From assembly GCA_964388035.1 (NCBI GenBank), contig CAYLZE010000003.1, positions 1 through 64,000 of the forward strand: a stretch of 64,000 nucleotides of DNA. Reading direction: 5' to 3'. Of the stretch, positions 42,504-52,451 are shown in pieces; the first letter of the stretch is position 1; every line of letters begins with the position of its first letter. The stretch is from an uncultured archaeon. Its GTDB lineage: Archaea; Asgardarchaeota; Lokiarchaeia; Sigyniarchaeales; SOKP01. The position numbers and the translations under genes were made by a program. The notes beneath the pieces were generated by a model. It was not told where the DNA came from. It made no database searches and worked only from the letters and a program-made list of their open reading frames with translations.

Positions 42504-43151
42504 TTAAATTGTATCTTTCTTAGAGATTTTGACCTTAGCAGGTCTTAAAACCTCATCATTATAATAAAATCCATTTTCTAATTCTTGTAAAATGGTTCCT
42601 TCCGGAACATTTGCATTGTTCTCTGTTAATATCGCTTCGTGCTTATAAGGATCAAATTTCTCGCCCATAGTATTCATTAATCTTATGCCATACTCTTTGA
42701 GAAGATTTTCGAAATTTTCTACAATCATATTAAAACCTTTTTTGAAAGATTCATTTACTTCTATTGTATCTAGTACTTCAGAAGCTCTCTTCAAGTCGTC
42801 CAAATGATTTATTAACTTTTTCAATATTTCAAATGTGAATTTAATACGATTTCTTTCTTGGATACGCTCTACATTCTTTCGGTAATTTTCGAAGTCAGCT
42901 TGTAAGCGCTTTAATGAATTTAAGTAAGATTCCGCTTTTATTGTTAATTCTGAATCTCTTTTCTCCATAGAATTTATTTTCTCCATTTCTTCAGTCAATT
43001 TTTTATTTTCCAATGCTAACTCTTCAGCTTTTTTCATGAGTTGATCAGAATGCTGTGCTTTCTCTTTTAAAGAATTATATTCCTGCTTTGTAATAGATAC
43101 TTTATCAGAATCCATATTGTAGAAATTTTGGTAAAATTCTTCGAACGACAT
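42504..43151 (-). CDS. grpE: Nucleotide exchange factor GrpE
   Basis: RLQADFENYRK, FDPYKHEA, GF...EVLRPAKVKIS. Confidence 0.95.
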   Translation of the reverse strand: MSFEEFYQNFYNMDSDKVSITKQEYNSLKEKAQHSDQLMKKAEELALENKKLTEEMEKINSMEKRDSELTIKAESYLNSLKRLQADFENYRKNVERIQERNRIKFTFEILKKLINHLDDLKRASEVLDTIEVNESFKKGFNMIVENFENLLKEYGIRLMNTMGEKFDPYKHEAILTENNANVPEGTILQELENGFYYNDEVLRPAKVKISKKDTI

Positions 43152-43230
43152 TGATCATTTTCCTCTTTTTTATATTACTTATTGTTCTTGGCAATCTTTT
43201 TTTGTAAACTTTATATTGACAACATTTAAT

Positions 43231-43264
43231 AAGTTAATATTAACTTGACTATATAAAAGTTTCG
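43231..43264 (-). promoter_or_regulatory. grpE-dnaK promoter: BRE/TATA followed by a perfect 16-bp palindrome
   Basis: Minus strand cgaaac-TTTTATAT (43264-43251), then AAGTTAATATTAACTT at 43231-43246. Confidence 0.6.
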
Positions 43265-43595
43265 TTTTTATATTATTCGCTCCCTCAATAAATTAAATAT
43301 AAAATGTAACCAGAAAAACTCCTAATCTTTAATTTTATAATTAAATTTCCTAAGAATTGATTTTTTTTATGCCATATTTAAAGGAGAAAGGTAAGTATTT
43401 AAGTACATCTCTAATTTTTTTAATTAATAGCAATATTATTATACTATTCTTGTTAGGATATTGATATTAGGATTCCCATTCACCCCAAATTTCTCAGGCA
43501 TTATCTTATAAGCAAAATTTATATAAAATAAATGAAGATAGTAAATGGATTTATCAAGAAGTTGGACAATTTTCAAAAATAAGAGGAAAAGAAAC

Positions 43596-44114
43596 TCAGC
43601 TTGTTAAAAGTAGTTTTCCACTTTTAACATATTTGCTGGCAAGGATCTCTTTTTCTCCAAAAGAAAGAGAGGTGTATAAACTTACACCATTTGGAAGCGA
43701 TTTAATGGTTTGTCTATCTAATGATTGAACAAAGGGATTAAAGAGAGTATGATGGCTAAACTCCATGCATTTAGCACATTCATTCACACCTTCAATTGTA
43801 ATGGGCAAGATTTTGCAGCAAGAGCAATATCCATAAATTTTAATTGTACTTTTATAAGGAAAGTCTAACAAGGTCCTAAAATGGTGCATTACTCGTTTTT
43901 TGGAGATTAAGCTCTCTAAGATAAATAATTTCCCTTTCTTTTTAATAATTTGAATATATTCCATTACACGATCCGTTACACTCATTATCTGTAGGATTTC
44001 TGAGGTAATTAGAAACCTTTCTTCCAAATCCAGTCGAAAAAGATCCATGTGACCCAAAAATAATTGCTCTATTCTTTTGTCTAATCTTTTAAAGAGTTTC
44101 ATATTCATTTTCAC
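43596..44114 (-). CDS. Hypothetical Cys/His-rich protein
   Basis: 172-aa ORF with CSCC and CAKC..HH; no family recognised. Confidence 0.5.
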   Translation of the reverse strand: MKMNMKLFKRLDKRIEQLFLGHMDLFRLDLEERFLITSEILQIMSVTDRVMEYIQIIKKKGKLFILESLISKKRVMHHFRTLLDFPYKSTIKIYGYCSCCKILPITIEGVNECAKCMEFSHHTLFNPFVQSLDRQTIKSLPNGVSLYTSLSFGEKEILASKYVKSGKLLLTS

Positions 44115-44430
44115 CTTATAATGTTGTTAAAAATAAAGATAAAGAGAATTTTAAAAAATAGACGGATTGTAAGTTTTCTGATTCATCTTAAACTTTTTTT
44201 GAAATAAGGAAAATCTTTTTAAAAATGCAAGTAGTTATCCATTTTTCGAAGATAATCACTGTATTCAAATTTACCAAATTTCATTAAGATTACTTTATAG
44301 GTTTTTAAAAGGGATTGCACTTAAATAAAAATTATAACACTTTAGTTTTTTAGCAGCAACTGCTTATAACACAATGCTTATCTTTTTTACTAATTATCAT
44401 TAAAAGGGGGGTTGAAAAGGCAGATTCAAG

Positions 44431-44846
44431 TTGTTAAATATTTATATTATAGCTCAAGATGGCATTCCCTTATTTATTTATCACAATAATCCCAAGAGTA
44501 AACGTGATAACGAAGAACTCTTAGGAAAGTTAATTCTAAGTCTGGAACAATTTGCTAATGAACTGCAATCGAAGTTCACGTTATGACTATGGACAAATCA
44601 TGCTTTTATACAATAAAAGATTCTTCCAGCAAACTATCTTTTATTATTGAAACATATAAGAATCCTGATGATCAATTTATTGAAGAACTCTTAATCTCGT
44701 TAAAAAAACTCTTTAATACTATTATTGAAGGATACGAGCGTCTAATAGAACAAGATTTAACCGTTAAATTTTCCACATTTCAAGAGCAATTAGATCAAAA
44801 ATTAGAAGAGATTTCAGGTGTTACTGGATTTTTAATGGGACTGTGA
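44431..44846 (+). pseudogene. Stand-alone longin-domain protein, split by a frameshift near 44570
   Basis: TTG 44431 gives MLNIYIIAQDGIPLFIY..ELLGKLILSLEQFANELQS; the shifted frame continues EVHVMTMDKSCFYTIKD..LSFIIE..LKKLF, together forming a complete longin-like pattern. Confidence 0.72.
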
Positions 44847-45004
44847 TCTAATAAAACGAGATTAATTAAAAATAGAAAATGTTGAAGACCATTCCTTTTT
44901 ATTAAGTGTTAAATTTATAGACCATTAAAATTTAAAATCTTTTTAATACACTATTAGCTTACATCAAGTAGAGAAGATTCCATGATTAAAAGGATAACAT
45001 TTAT

Positions 45005-45826
45005 TTACATCTTCGATTTTATCATCACTTCCTGCTTTTTTAAATGCCTAGCTGCTTGTCTTTTCTGAAAATGAACTTGTTCGGGGTCGATGAAAGCAAG
45101 AGCTTTTTGAGTTTGAGAGGTTGAAGGAAGAATATCGAGAAAATTTATGATATTATTTATTACTTCTTGAGGTTTTCCTGTTAAATCATAAAAATCAACG
45201 TAAAGATGTTTTTTATCTTTTACAAATGTATCTATACGTGAATAACCTTCTTGGATTACAGTTCGATATCTCTTCTCATCAAAAAATACATTGCCATGAG
45301 AAAGAAATTTCTTAAGAATTCCCCAACCCAGACCTAACAAGCGAACAATATTAAAATACTTAGACATGTATAGGATAGTCTGATACCAGTCAATGAATTT
45401 TGCGGCATTCAAATGTGATTTTACCACGCTTTCAATTTCACGCTTTAGAATGATATAATGAGGATTTTTTAAAAGATGCTCAAAATAGGGAAGAGTGTAT
45501 ATGCTAGTAACGTCCTTCCAACCCCATAACTCACGTTCATTCTTCATTATCGCGAGTTTGATCCAGGGTTCATAATATTTAACAGCTAACTTGACTTTCT
45601 TATCATTAGGAATATCCGCCCAGCTGAGAGAAAAACTTTGAGCATGATAAAGAATATTGAGGTTCAAGCCGTAAAAATCTTGGTTTTCATAATTTCCATA
45701 TTTATTTACGAACGATCTCCGAATTAACCCCGTAACATGACCCATTTGAATGCCGAGTCGTTGCAAAATGCCTGCAAGAAGGCTAGAACCACTACGAGGT
45801 AATGATAATACCACAACAGTGATCAT
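45005..45826 (-). CDS. Sulfotransferase family protein
   Basis: 5'-PSB loop SLPRSGSS, NKYGNYEN, WGWKD, R...SVVKS. Confidence 0.82.
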   Translation of the reverse strand: MITVVVLSLPRSGSSLLAGILQRLGIQMGHVTGLIRRSFVNKYGNYENQDFYGLNLNILYHAQSFSLSWADIPNDKKVKLAVKYYEPWIKLAIMKNERELWGWKDVTSIYTLPYFEHLLKNPHYIILKREIESVVKSHLNAAKFIDWYQTILYMSKYFNIVRLLGLGWGILKKFLSHGNVFFDEKRYRTVIQEGYSRIDTFVKDKKHLYVDFYDLTGKPQEVINNIINFLDILPSTSQTQKALAFIDPEQVHFQKRQAARHLKKQEVMIKSKM

Positions 45827-46093
45827 TGATTAAGATATAAAAAGAAAGAAAATAAAGATTATTATTTAAACCCCTTACTTATAATAAAAGGGTGTTATTC
45901 CTATTTAAAGTCCTTTTAATAAGAAATTATGAACGATACATGTTAAAAATTCTTACTCTTATTATTGGTTCATATAAAAAAGAAGAATAGTGAGATATTA
46001 AGAGCCCAACAAAAAAAATCGAAAAAAAAGGAAACTTATTAATTGAATCATGCCAATCATACCAAATCTTGATTTTTTATCCTTCTTATTCTT

Positions 46094-46504
46094 TCATTTC
46101 CCCGAATTGAATTGAACCATCCATAAAAAGCCAAACTTATCCGTTAAATCACCGAATGTACCAAAAAAGGTTTCGTTTAATGGATTGCCAATTTTCCCCC
46201 CTTATGAAAGCTTTTGAAACAATGTTTCAATCTCTTTCTTTGACCCACAAAGCAAACATAGAATTATATTATTTCCTCTTTGAAGCTTATCCGGTCCAAT
46301 AGTATCCGCACCCATGAGCATAATATTTCCCTTATTGATTGTTGCATGAAATATCTTGTCTTTCATTTTTGATGGAGTTTGGGAGGCCATAGGAGATTCT
46401 CCGTAAGTTTGAAAAGATGGTTCTTGCTCAAATACATCTTTATAAAACTCAAAGACTTCACGACAATTACCATCAAATCTTATATGTACTGTCAAGCGTG
46501 CTAA
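46094..46504 (-). pseudogene. PhnB-like VOC protein with an in-frame TAA at 46202-46204
   Basis: FDGNCREVFEFYKDVF..IFHA..LMGAD..LFQKLS*GGKI..PLNETFFGTFGDLTDKFGFLWMV; the conserved C-terminus continues in frame past the stop. Confidence 0.85.
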
Positions 46505-46930
46505 TTTTATAACACCTCTTTTGAACAGAAAAAAAATTACTACAGTTAAACTTTAGATAGAGGTCTTTAAATTGTAAAAGTTAATAAATTATTTAATAAA
46601 TTATTTTCAGAGAAGATATGCTCGCTACCAACATGAGATTAATTTTAAAAGATCTTTTTAAAATATAATTTTATTCGCTTCATAAAAAAATACCTTTTTT
46701 TTAGGTTTTAATTTAAAAGACTAATTGCGAAAATTTTCTCAGGCTTTTATAAAAAAAGAAGTTATTCGTAACTAACTCAAAAAAAGTTGCCAATTGTCTG
46801 ATATAAAGAATGGTTAGTCAATTGTGTTTGTATTAATCAGTGAATATAGCATAAATTTAAAAGTATTTATATCAAGAAAGAAATAGATCCTATTAAATTT
46901 TAAAATTTCATTAGAAAGGGGATATGAAAA

Positions 46931-47659
46931 ATGTTGTTAAGTTTTGACTTAATGTTAATCGGAATTTTTACAATCATCTTCATTGTAATTCAGATCTTAG
47001 TAGGAATACGGATTATTTTAAAATTTTTTACATACAAAAAGGTCTTATTCATACAAATTGGTATTGGGTGGATAGGTGCATCAACCGTATGGATAGGAGT
47101 AGCTGTAGATTTCATTTCCGTTTTATTGTTTAACACACCAACACCCATTCAAGTGCATCTATTAATAATTGGTGGAGTACTCCCTTTCACTCAACTTTGC
47201 TGGATTGCTGCCATAACAAATCTTATTGAAATCAAGAAGTCCACGAGAAAATTAATGTTGACCATCGGTATTATTATAGCATGTATTTTTGCTCCAATAT
47301 ACATTTACATATCCATGACAAATCCCCTTGTTTGGGGTGAAAAGATTACCCCAATTCAACTGAAATTATCTTTTCTCAACCAAATCCATTATGCTATTGA
47401 GATTATTATTTTTATAGTACCTGGTTTATGGTTTTCAAAGGTTTCAATGGCTTCTAACCAGCCAGATATTAATTTGAAAGGAAAAATTCTATTATCAACA
47501 TTTTTAATTTCAATAATCATGACCTTGTTAGAACTTTTATCCTCCGGTTTATTAATGTATTTAATAGCACGAGTTATTGCCGTGTTGGTAGCAATCTTAT
47601 TCTACATCGGTTTCATGATACCAAATAGGGTAAAAAATTTAATATTAAAAAATCAATGA
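46931..47659 (+). CDS. About seven-TM membrane protein
   Basis: Seven hydrophobic segments ending YIGFMIPNRVK; no family assigned. Confidence 0.7.
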   Translation: MLLSFDLMLIGIFTIIFIVIQILVGIRIILKFFTYKKVLFIQIGIGWIGASTVWIGVAVDFISVLLFNTPTPIQVHLLIIGGVLPFTQLCWIAAITNLIEIKKSTRKLMLTIGIIIACIFAPIYIYISMTNPLVWGEKITPIQLKLSFLNQIHYAIEIIIFIVPGLWFSKVSMASNQPDINLKGKILLSTFLISIIMTLLELLSSGLLMYLIARVIAVLVAILFYIGFMIPNRVKNLILKNQ

Positions 47660-47734
47660 TTTTCTGAATAATTACCCTCATTTTTGCCTTAAAAAAGGGT
47701 TGAATAAGAATATAAAAAAGAAAGAAGTTATTTT

Positions 47735-48349
47735 TTAATGAACTTTCCAATCATACACGCGTGGCCCAGCAAAAAGTAAGATAAGGGAACATATTAGAAT
47801 AGGTGCTCCGCCCCATCCATATCCAAAAATCTCCATTAAAATTCCCCAAATAAGCATCCATGGAAATTTAACATCCCCTATTATAAATACATCATTATAT
47901 AAAAAATCCCAGTCTTTTTTAGAGCAGGGCTCTGAAAATCGTGGTTTGACAAAATTGATTGTTAAAATTAACACGATAATTCCATTGACAATAGCGGAAA
48001 TACTGGTCAAGATCGAATAGCTTGAATAAGAAAGAGCTCCGATTACTAAATTAGAGATCCCTCCTATTAAGGATATAATGGCATTTATTAATCCAATAAT
48101 CCACGCTAAGCTCCCCAACACGGAAACAAAATTTTCCATGTTACTCCAATTGGGGTGAGCTCCTTCTCTTATTGGTGTACTTGTGGGTTTTCTTGATGGA
48201 CTTGGTTGAGGCGAGATAGTAGCACGATTTGTAAGCGACATCTCTTTATCCTCCATCGTGTCATAACCACATAAATCACAATATCTATTAGACTTTTCCA
48301 TTTTATTCCCACATTCCGGGCAATACTTATTTTCGCTCATATCTCTCAC
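47735..48349 (-). CDS. Zinc-ribbon plus membrane domain protein
   Basis: CPECG..YCDLCG, a P/S-rich linker, then a TM domain shared with the neighbouring gene. Confidence 0.8.
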   Translation of the reverse strand: MRDMSENKYCPECGNKMEKSNRYCDLCGYDTMEDKEMSLTNRATISPQPSPSRKPTSTPIREGAHPNWSNMENFVSVLGSLAWIIGLINAIISLIGGISNLVIGALSYSSYSILTSISAIVNGIIVLILTINFVKPRFSEPCSKKDWDFLYNDVFIIGDVKFPWMLIWGILMEIFGYGWGGAPILICSLILLFAGPRVYDWKVH

Positions 48350-48535
48350 GATTTTGTTTTATTATGATAAGATAAGATGTAATTTATTTTTTATATATTA
48401 TTATTGGATCAACTAAAGTAATTGATTTGTGGTTAAAAAAGAAATTTAAAAAAAAAGTATTGTCAAAAGTCATAATTATATATTATAGGTTAAATAGAAA
48501 AATAAAAAAAAGAATAAAAAAGTTTAAATTAGCTC

Positions 48536-49006
48536 TTATTCAGTCCATTTATATTCCTGAGGACCAGCAAAGAGTAATATGAGTGCCGGAATAATGACGC
48601 CTGCACCACCCCAGCCATATCCGAACACTTCCAAAATTATACCCCAAATCAGCATCCAAGGAAGTCGAACACTCCCCAGCTTGAGAACATCATTATATAA
48701 CCTGTTCCAATCCTTTTTTAGGCAAGGTCTTGAAATTCGGGGTAAAACAATAATGAGAGATACCGCTATTTCAATGATACCCGAAATAAGATACCAAATT
48801 CCAACTCCTGATGTATAATAGTACCCGTATGCAGCTAACGCACCTAGGACTACCAAAATATATATACCCCAAATCAGATAGATTACACCAGAGACTACTC
48901 CAATTAACCAAGCCCATCCGCCTAAATTTATTACTAATTTCCCTAAACCGCTATCATTCCAACCAGCTGATGGTTGGCTTTTTTTACTTTGACTCATTTT
49001 ATACAC
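48536..49006 (-). CDS. Membrane protein, paralogue of 47735-48349 without the zinc ribbon
   Basis: Shared PRxSxPCxKKDWxxLYNDV and PWMLIWGIxxExFGYGWGGA..LILLFAGP..YxW. Confidence 0.8.
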   Translation of the reverse strand: MYKMSQSKKSQPSAGWNDSGLGKLVINLGGWAWLIGVVSGVIYLIWGIYILVVLGALAAYGYYYTSGVGIWYLISGIIEIAVSLIIVLPRISRPCLKKDWNRLYNDVLKLGSVRLPWMLIWGIILEVFGYGWGGAGVIIPALILLFAGPQEYKWTE

Positions 49007-49519
49007 TTTTTTAATTATTTAATTCTTAATAATTAAAAATCATGTTTTACATGATTGGATCGTATTATTAATATAGATCTCTTATAGCTTATTTAAATCT
49101 ACCTTTTTATATTTAAAAGAAAAGACCAAAACGTTTATATAAATGCCTTTTTTCCTTAATAAATAAATTCTAAATTAAATTATAAGCAATATGGCTTCTT
49201 AAGAGCTGACTAACAATGAACTCTGAGATAAATTCCTCCAGAAAAAGTAAAGAAATTTCCTCAAGAATTTCAAAACCATCATAATATGTTATAGAGTACT
49301 TGAATTACTTAGCCCTATATCACTATTGGGCTATAGAAATAGGAATAATAATCGGAGTCCTTTTAATAATTCTCTCTTTAAAGGGTTGGGTTTAAATTTC
49401 TCATACTATTTTTATTAGATAGAATAGAAAAAGAATTTAAAAGACTACAAATACATCTTTTTTCGATTCAATAATTTTTATTCATCATTAATTTATCGTT
49501 AAAGGAAAGAGAATAGCAA

Positions 49520-49966
49520 ATGAAAACAAAAGTATGTTTAGTTCAAATCTTGGTAGAGGATTTGGAAAAAGCAATAAAGTTTTATAAAGTCGTATTTGAA
49601 TGGGATCTTTCAAAAAAGAGTCCTTATGATAAGATATTGGTGCAATCTAATGGAAGGGTTGCATTTTTGGATGCAAATGGGGTTTATATCGAATTGGTGG
49701 AACCCAAAAATGGCGAGAGATTAAGACTATTGCAAACTAAAGGTAATGGGTATATTAGATTATACGGAATTGAAGTTGATGATATTGAAGCATTTACCGT
49801 AAAAATAAAAAATTTGGGTATTAGTCCCGTGGATGGAGAAGGAAAATTGATAGAAAAATTCATACGAACAACCAGTAGAGGCGCTAAAGTGTTTATTATT
49901 CCTCCCGATAGGGCTTTAGGAACAAAGATAGAAATAATAGAATGGATTGGAAATTCAGGTCCTTAA
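49520..49966 (+). CDS. VOC-family protein (methylmalonyl-CoA epimerase-like fold)
   Basis: VEDLEKAIKFY, IELVEP, IEVDDIE, GTKIEIIE; the usual His ligands are absent. Confidence 0.8.
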   Translation: MKTKVCLVQILVEDLEKAIKFYKVVFEWDLSKKSPYDKILVQSNGRVAFLDANGVYIELVEPKNGERLRLLQTKGNGYIRLYGIEVDDIEAFTVKIKNLGISPVDGEGKLIEKFIRTTSRGAKVFIIPPDRALGTKIEIIEWIGNSGP

Positions 49967-50115
49967 AATATGAAAAAACAATAGGAGATCATTCGGTTAA
50001 ATTCCATGCTTTTGTGGATATATCAATTAGATCAATAATAAAAAAAAGAAGAAAATTTTTTTTGTAAAATGGGCAGTTTCAATTTTAATTAAAAACCATT
50101 AATTTATTCACCCAC

Positions 50116-51495
50116 TTATTTTCCATCAGTTGCATCTAACCGTCTTTGATTTAACTCTTTAGCGATCTGTGCATTCAATTCTCTGGTTAAAGGATACCAA
50201 AATAATATTATGAGGGCACCTATAATGCCAAAGATTGCCGGCAGGGTAATATATGCCCAATATATACCTTGAATAGCGGTGGTAGTTTGTTCTACATTAG
50301 GAATGTATCCCGTAGCGGCTAAAATGTATCCCGGTATTGCAGCTCCTATTCCAAGTCCTGCTTTTTGAATAAAGGAAACGAGTGATGCAATTGCAGCTTC
50401 AGTTCTATCACCATGTCTCCATTCAATATAATCCGTGTTATCCGCTTGTAATCCATATCCTACTATGGATGTTAATCCGATTCCTATTCCCGTGATTCCA
50501 AATATCGAAAAAATTAATAGGAAATTTTCGGGATTTACGATAAGAATGAAAAAGTAAGGAATATTTGAAATTAACGCCCCGATTACCCATGTGTGTTTCT
50601 TTCCAAATCGATTTAGCATGGGAGAACCAATTACAAATCCAATAAGAATTCCCATGACAATGAATACTGCTACCAAGCCTATTAAATCAGGTCTCTTAAC
50701 TACGTACGTCCAAAAATAGATTCCCGCAGCAGTATTAGATCCAGACCCAATAGCCGTAATTAAGTTCGAAAAAAAATGGGTAGATACTGGTCTTGCACTG
50801 AGTATTTTTTTGAAATCTTTTAGCTTGTATCGTTGCGTTGCTATTGGTTTAATTCTCTCTTTTACTCCCCATGCCCCTATGAATGAGCATACAAAAATAA
50901 AAATAGCGGTTCCAACAATCAATGTATGATATCCTTGCGCGATAGTAGGAAAGCTCGTCACAAATGGAATGGTTATAACAGTAAAAATGACAGTACCAGC
51001 TATATAACCAACGCTCTTGATAATTGTAAGAGTATTCCTATCTTTTCCTGTCTCAGTCATTACAGGAATTAGAGAATTTAGAGGAATATCCATCATATCA
51101 AAAGTAATGCCAATTAAAAAGTAGGATATATATGCAATAAGTAATTTTCCAGCTATCACTAAACTGGGACCCAACCAAAGTAAAATAAAATTCAAGGAAC
51201 ATATAAGACTTCCTATGGCAAGGTATGGTCGGAATTTGCCCCATTTGGTACGGGGAAGATGATCAATGATAAAACCCATTAGAGGATCATTAAATGCATC
51301 GATGACGCGTGCAATGATGAATAAGGTGGCCACTGCCGCGGGGTTAAGACCAACTACATCCGTGTAAAAGATTAATAGAAACGTACCTATTAACGTCATA
51401 AGCGGGATGTTCCCGATATTGCCTATGAAAAAAGTAATTTTTTCTTTCGCATTTAATACACTTTTTTTCGAATTTAAAGTGCTTGATTCCTCCAT
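50116..51495 (-). CDS. MFS transporter, GPH family
   Basis: FYTDVVGL, DAFNDPLMGFIID..TKWGKFRPY, ADNTDYIEWRHG.R.E. Confidence 0.92.
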   Translation of the reverse strand: MEESSTLNSKKSVLNAKEKITFFIGNIGNIPLMTLIGTFLLIFYTDVVGLNPAAVATLFIIARVIDAFNDPLMGFIIDHLPRTKWGKFRPYLAIGSLICSLNFILLWLGPSLVIAGKLLIAYISYFLIGITFDMMDIPLNSLIPVMTETGKDRNTLTIIKSVGYIAGTVIFTVITIPFVTSFPTIAQGYHTLIVGTAIFIFVCSFIGAWGVKERIKPIATQRYKLKDFKKILSARPVSTHFFSNLITAIGSGSNTAAGIYFWTYVVKRPDLIGLVAVFIVMGILIGFVIGSPMLNRFGKKHTWVIGALISNIPYFFILIVNPENFLLIFSIFGITGIGIGLTSIVGYGLQADNTDYIEWRHGDRTEAAIASLVSFIQKAGLGIGAAIPGYILAATGYIPNVEQTTTAIQGIYWAYITLPAIFGIIGALIILFWYPLTRELNAQIAKELNQRRLDATDGK

Positions 51496-51610
51496 TTAGC
51501 ATCGACCTTCTTTAGGTTATATTAAGAAGGAAAATTAAGGTTAATATTTATAGTATGCGTTTAGGAGCAATGAATGATTTGAATGGAAATTAAATATGTT
51601 TAACAAATTT

Positions 51611-52411
51611 TTAATTTGAATCTTTTTGGCTAGTCAAATCCTTAATTAGAATTTCGGGATGATGATATCTGTCATCGTAAACTCGTTTTCCTTGATATTT
51701 AATAGCCTTCTCGGGACAATAATTAATACATGATAAACATTGTTGGCAATCATGCTGCCATTGGGGTTTTCCATCAATTAAAATAATATTATTTACCGGA
51801 CATATTCTCTCACAAATTCCACAACTGGTGCAATTTTCGTCAATGTAGAATTTATCATCGCTTGCATTTACCAAGTCATGAAAATTTTCATTGATTCTTT
51901 TAAATCTCCTATAATATTTTTGATCTCGTGCTTTTGCTTGATATGATTTGTTTTGTTTGATAAGTTCAGAGACTTTTTTAACGTTTTTGGATGCATTTTC
52001 AAACAATTCTTTTTGCTCTTCTTCAGTTGGAGCGGGATATCCAATAATAAAATTATTAGGCATCATGATCGCAAATTCTAAATCAAGAGTTTTGGATTTA
52101 GAGTTAAAAATATTTCTCAATTGATAGAAGCAAGAACCGTCCTCATCTCCTGCTCGTGTAATAACGGCAAAATGATACCTAGTAAGATTCAAATCTATTT
52201 TTTGCAAAAAATCTTTTACGATTTTAGGAAGCCCATAATAATACAAGGGAAAAACAAAACCTACTTTCTCGGTTGTAGGAGTAATATTTTTCCGTTTCCG
52301 TTCTCGTGCAATAGGGATCAACTCACAATCTCCTAACTTATCGGAAATTTCTTTCGCAATTTTTAAGGAATTACCCGTGCCCGTGAAATAATAAATAGTG
52401 GTAGTAATCAT
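51611..52411 (-). CDS. EFR1-type flavodoxin-fold/ferredoxin protein
   Basis: YFTGTGNSL, MPNN, CTSCGICERICP, CQQCLSCINYCP. Confidence 0.9.
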   Translation of the reverse strand: MITTTIYYFTGTGNSLKIAKEISDKLGDCELIPIARERKRKNITPTTEKVGFVFPLYYYGLPKIVKDFLQKIDLNLTRYHFAVITRAGDEDGSCFYQLRNIFNSKSKTLDLEFAIMMPNNFIIGYPAPTEEEQKELFENASKNVKKVSELIKQNKSYQAKARDQKYYRRFKRINENFHDLVNASDDKFYIDENCTSCGICERICPVNNIILIDGKPQWQHDCQQCLSCINYCPEKAIKYQGKRVYDDRYHHPEILIKDLTSQKDSN

Positions 52412-52451
52412 TTAAGAGGTATAATTTAAATTTTTAAAAAAGGATTATTAC

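Noticed and set aside
49310-49334. tagccc...gggcta inverted repeat upstream of the VOC gene
   Set aside because: Only 6-bp perfect arms and no second copy seen.
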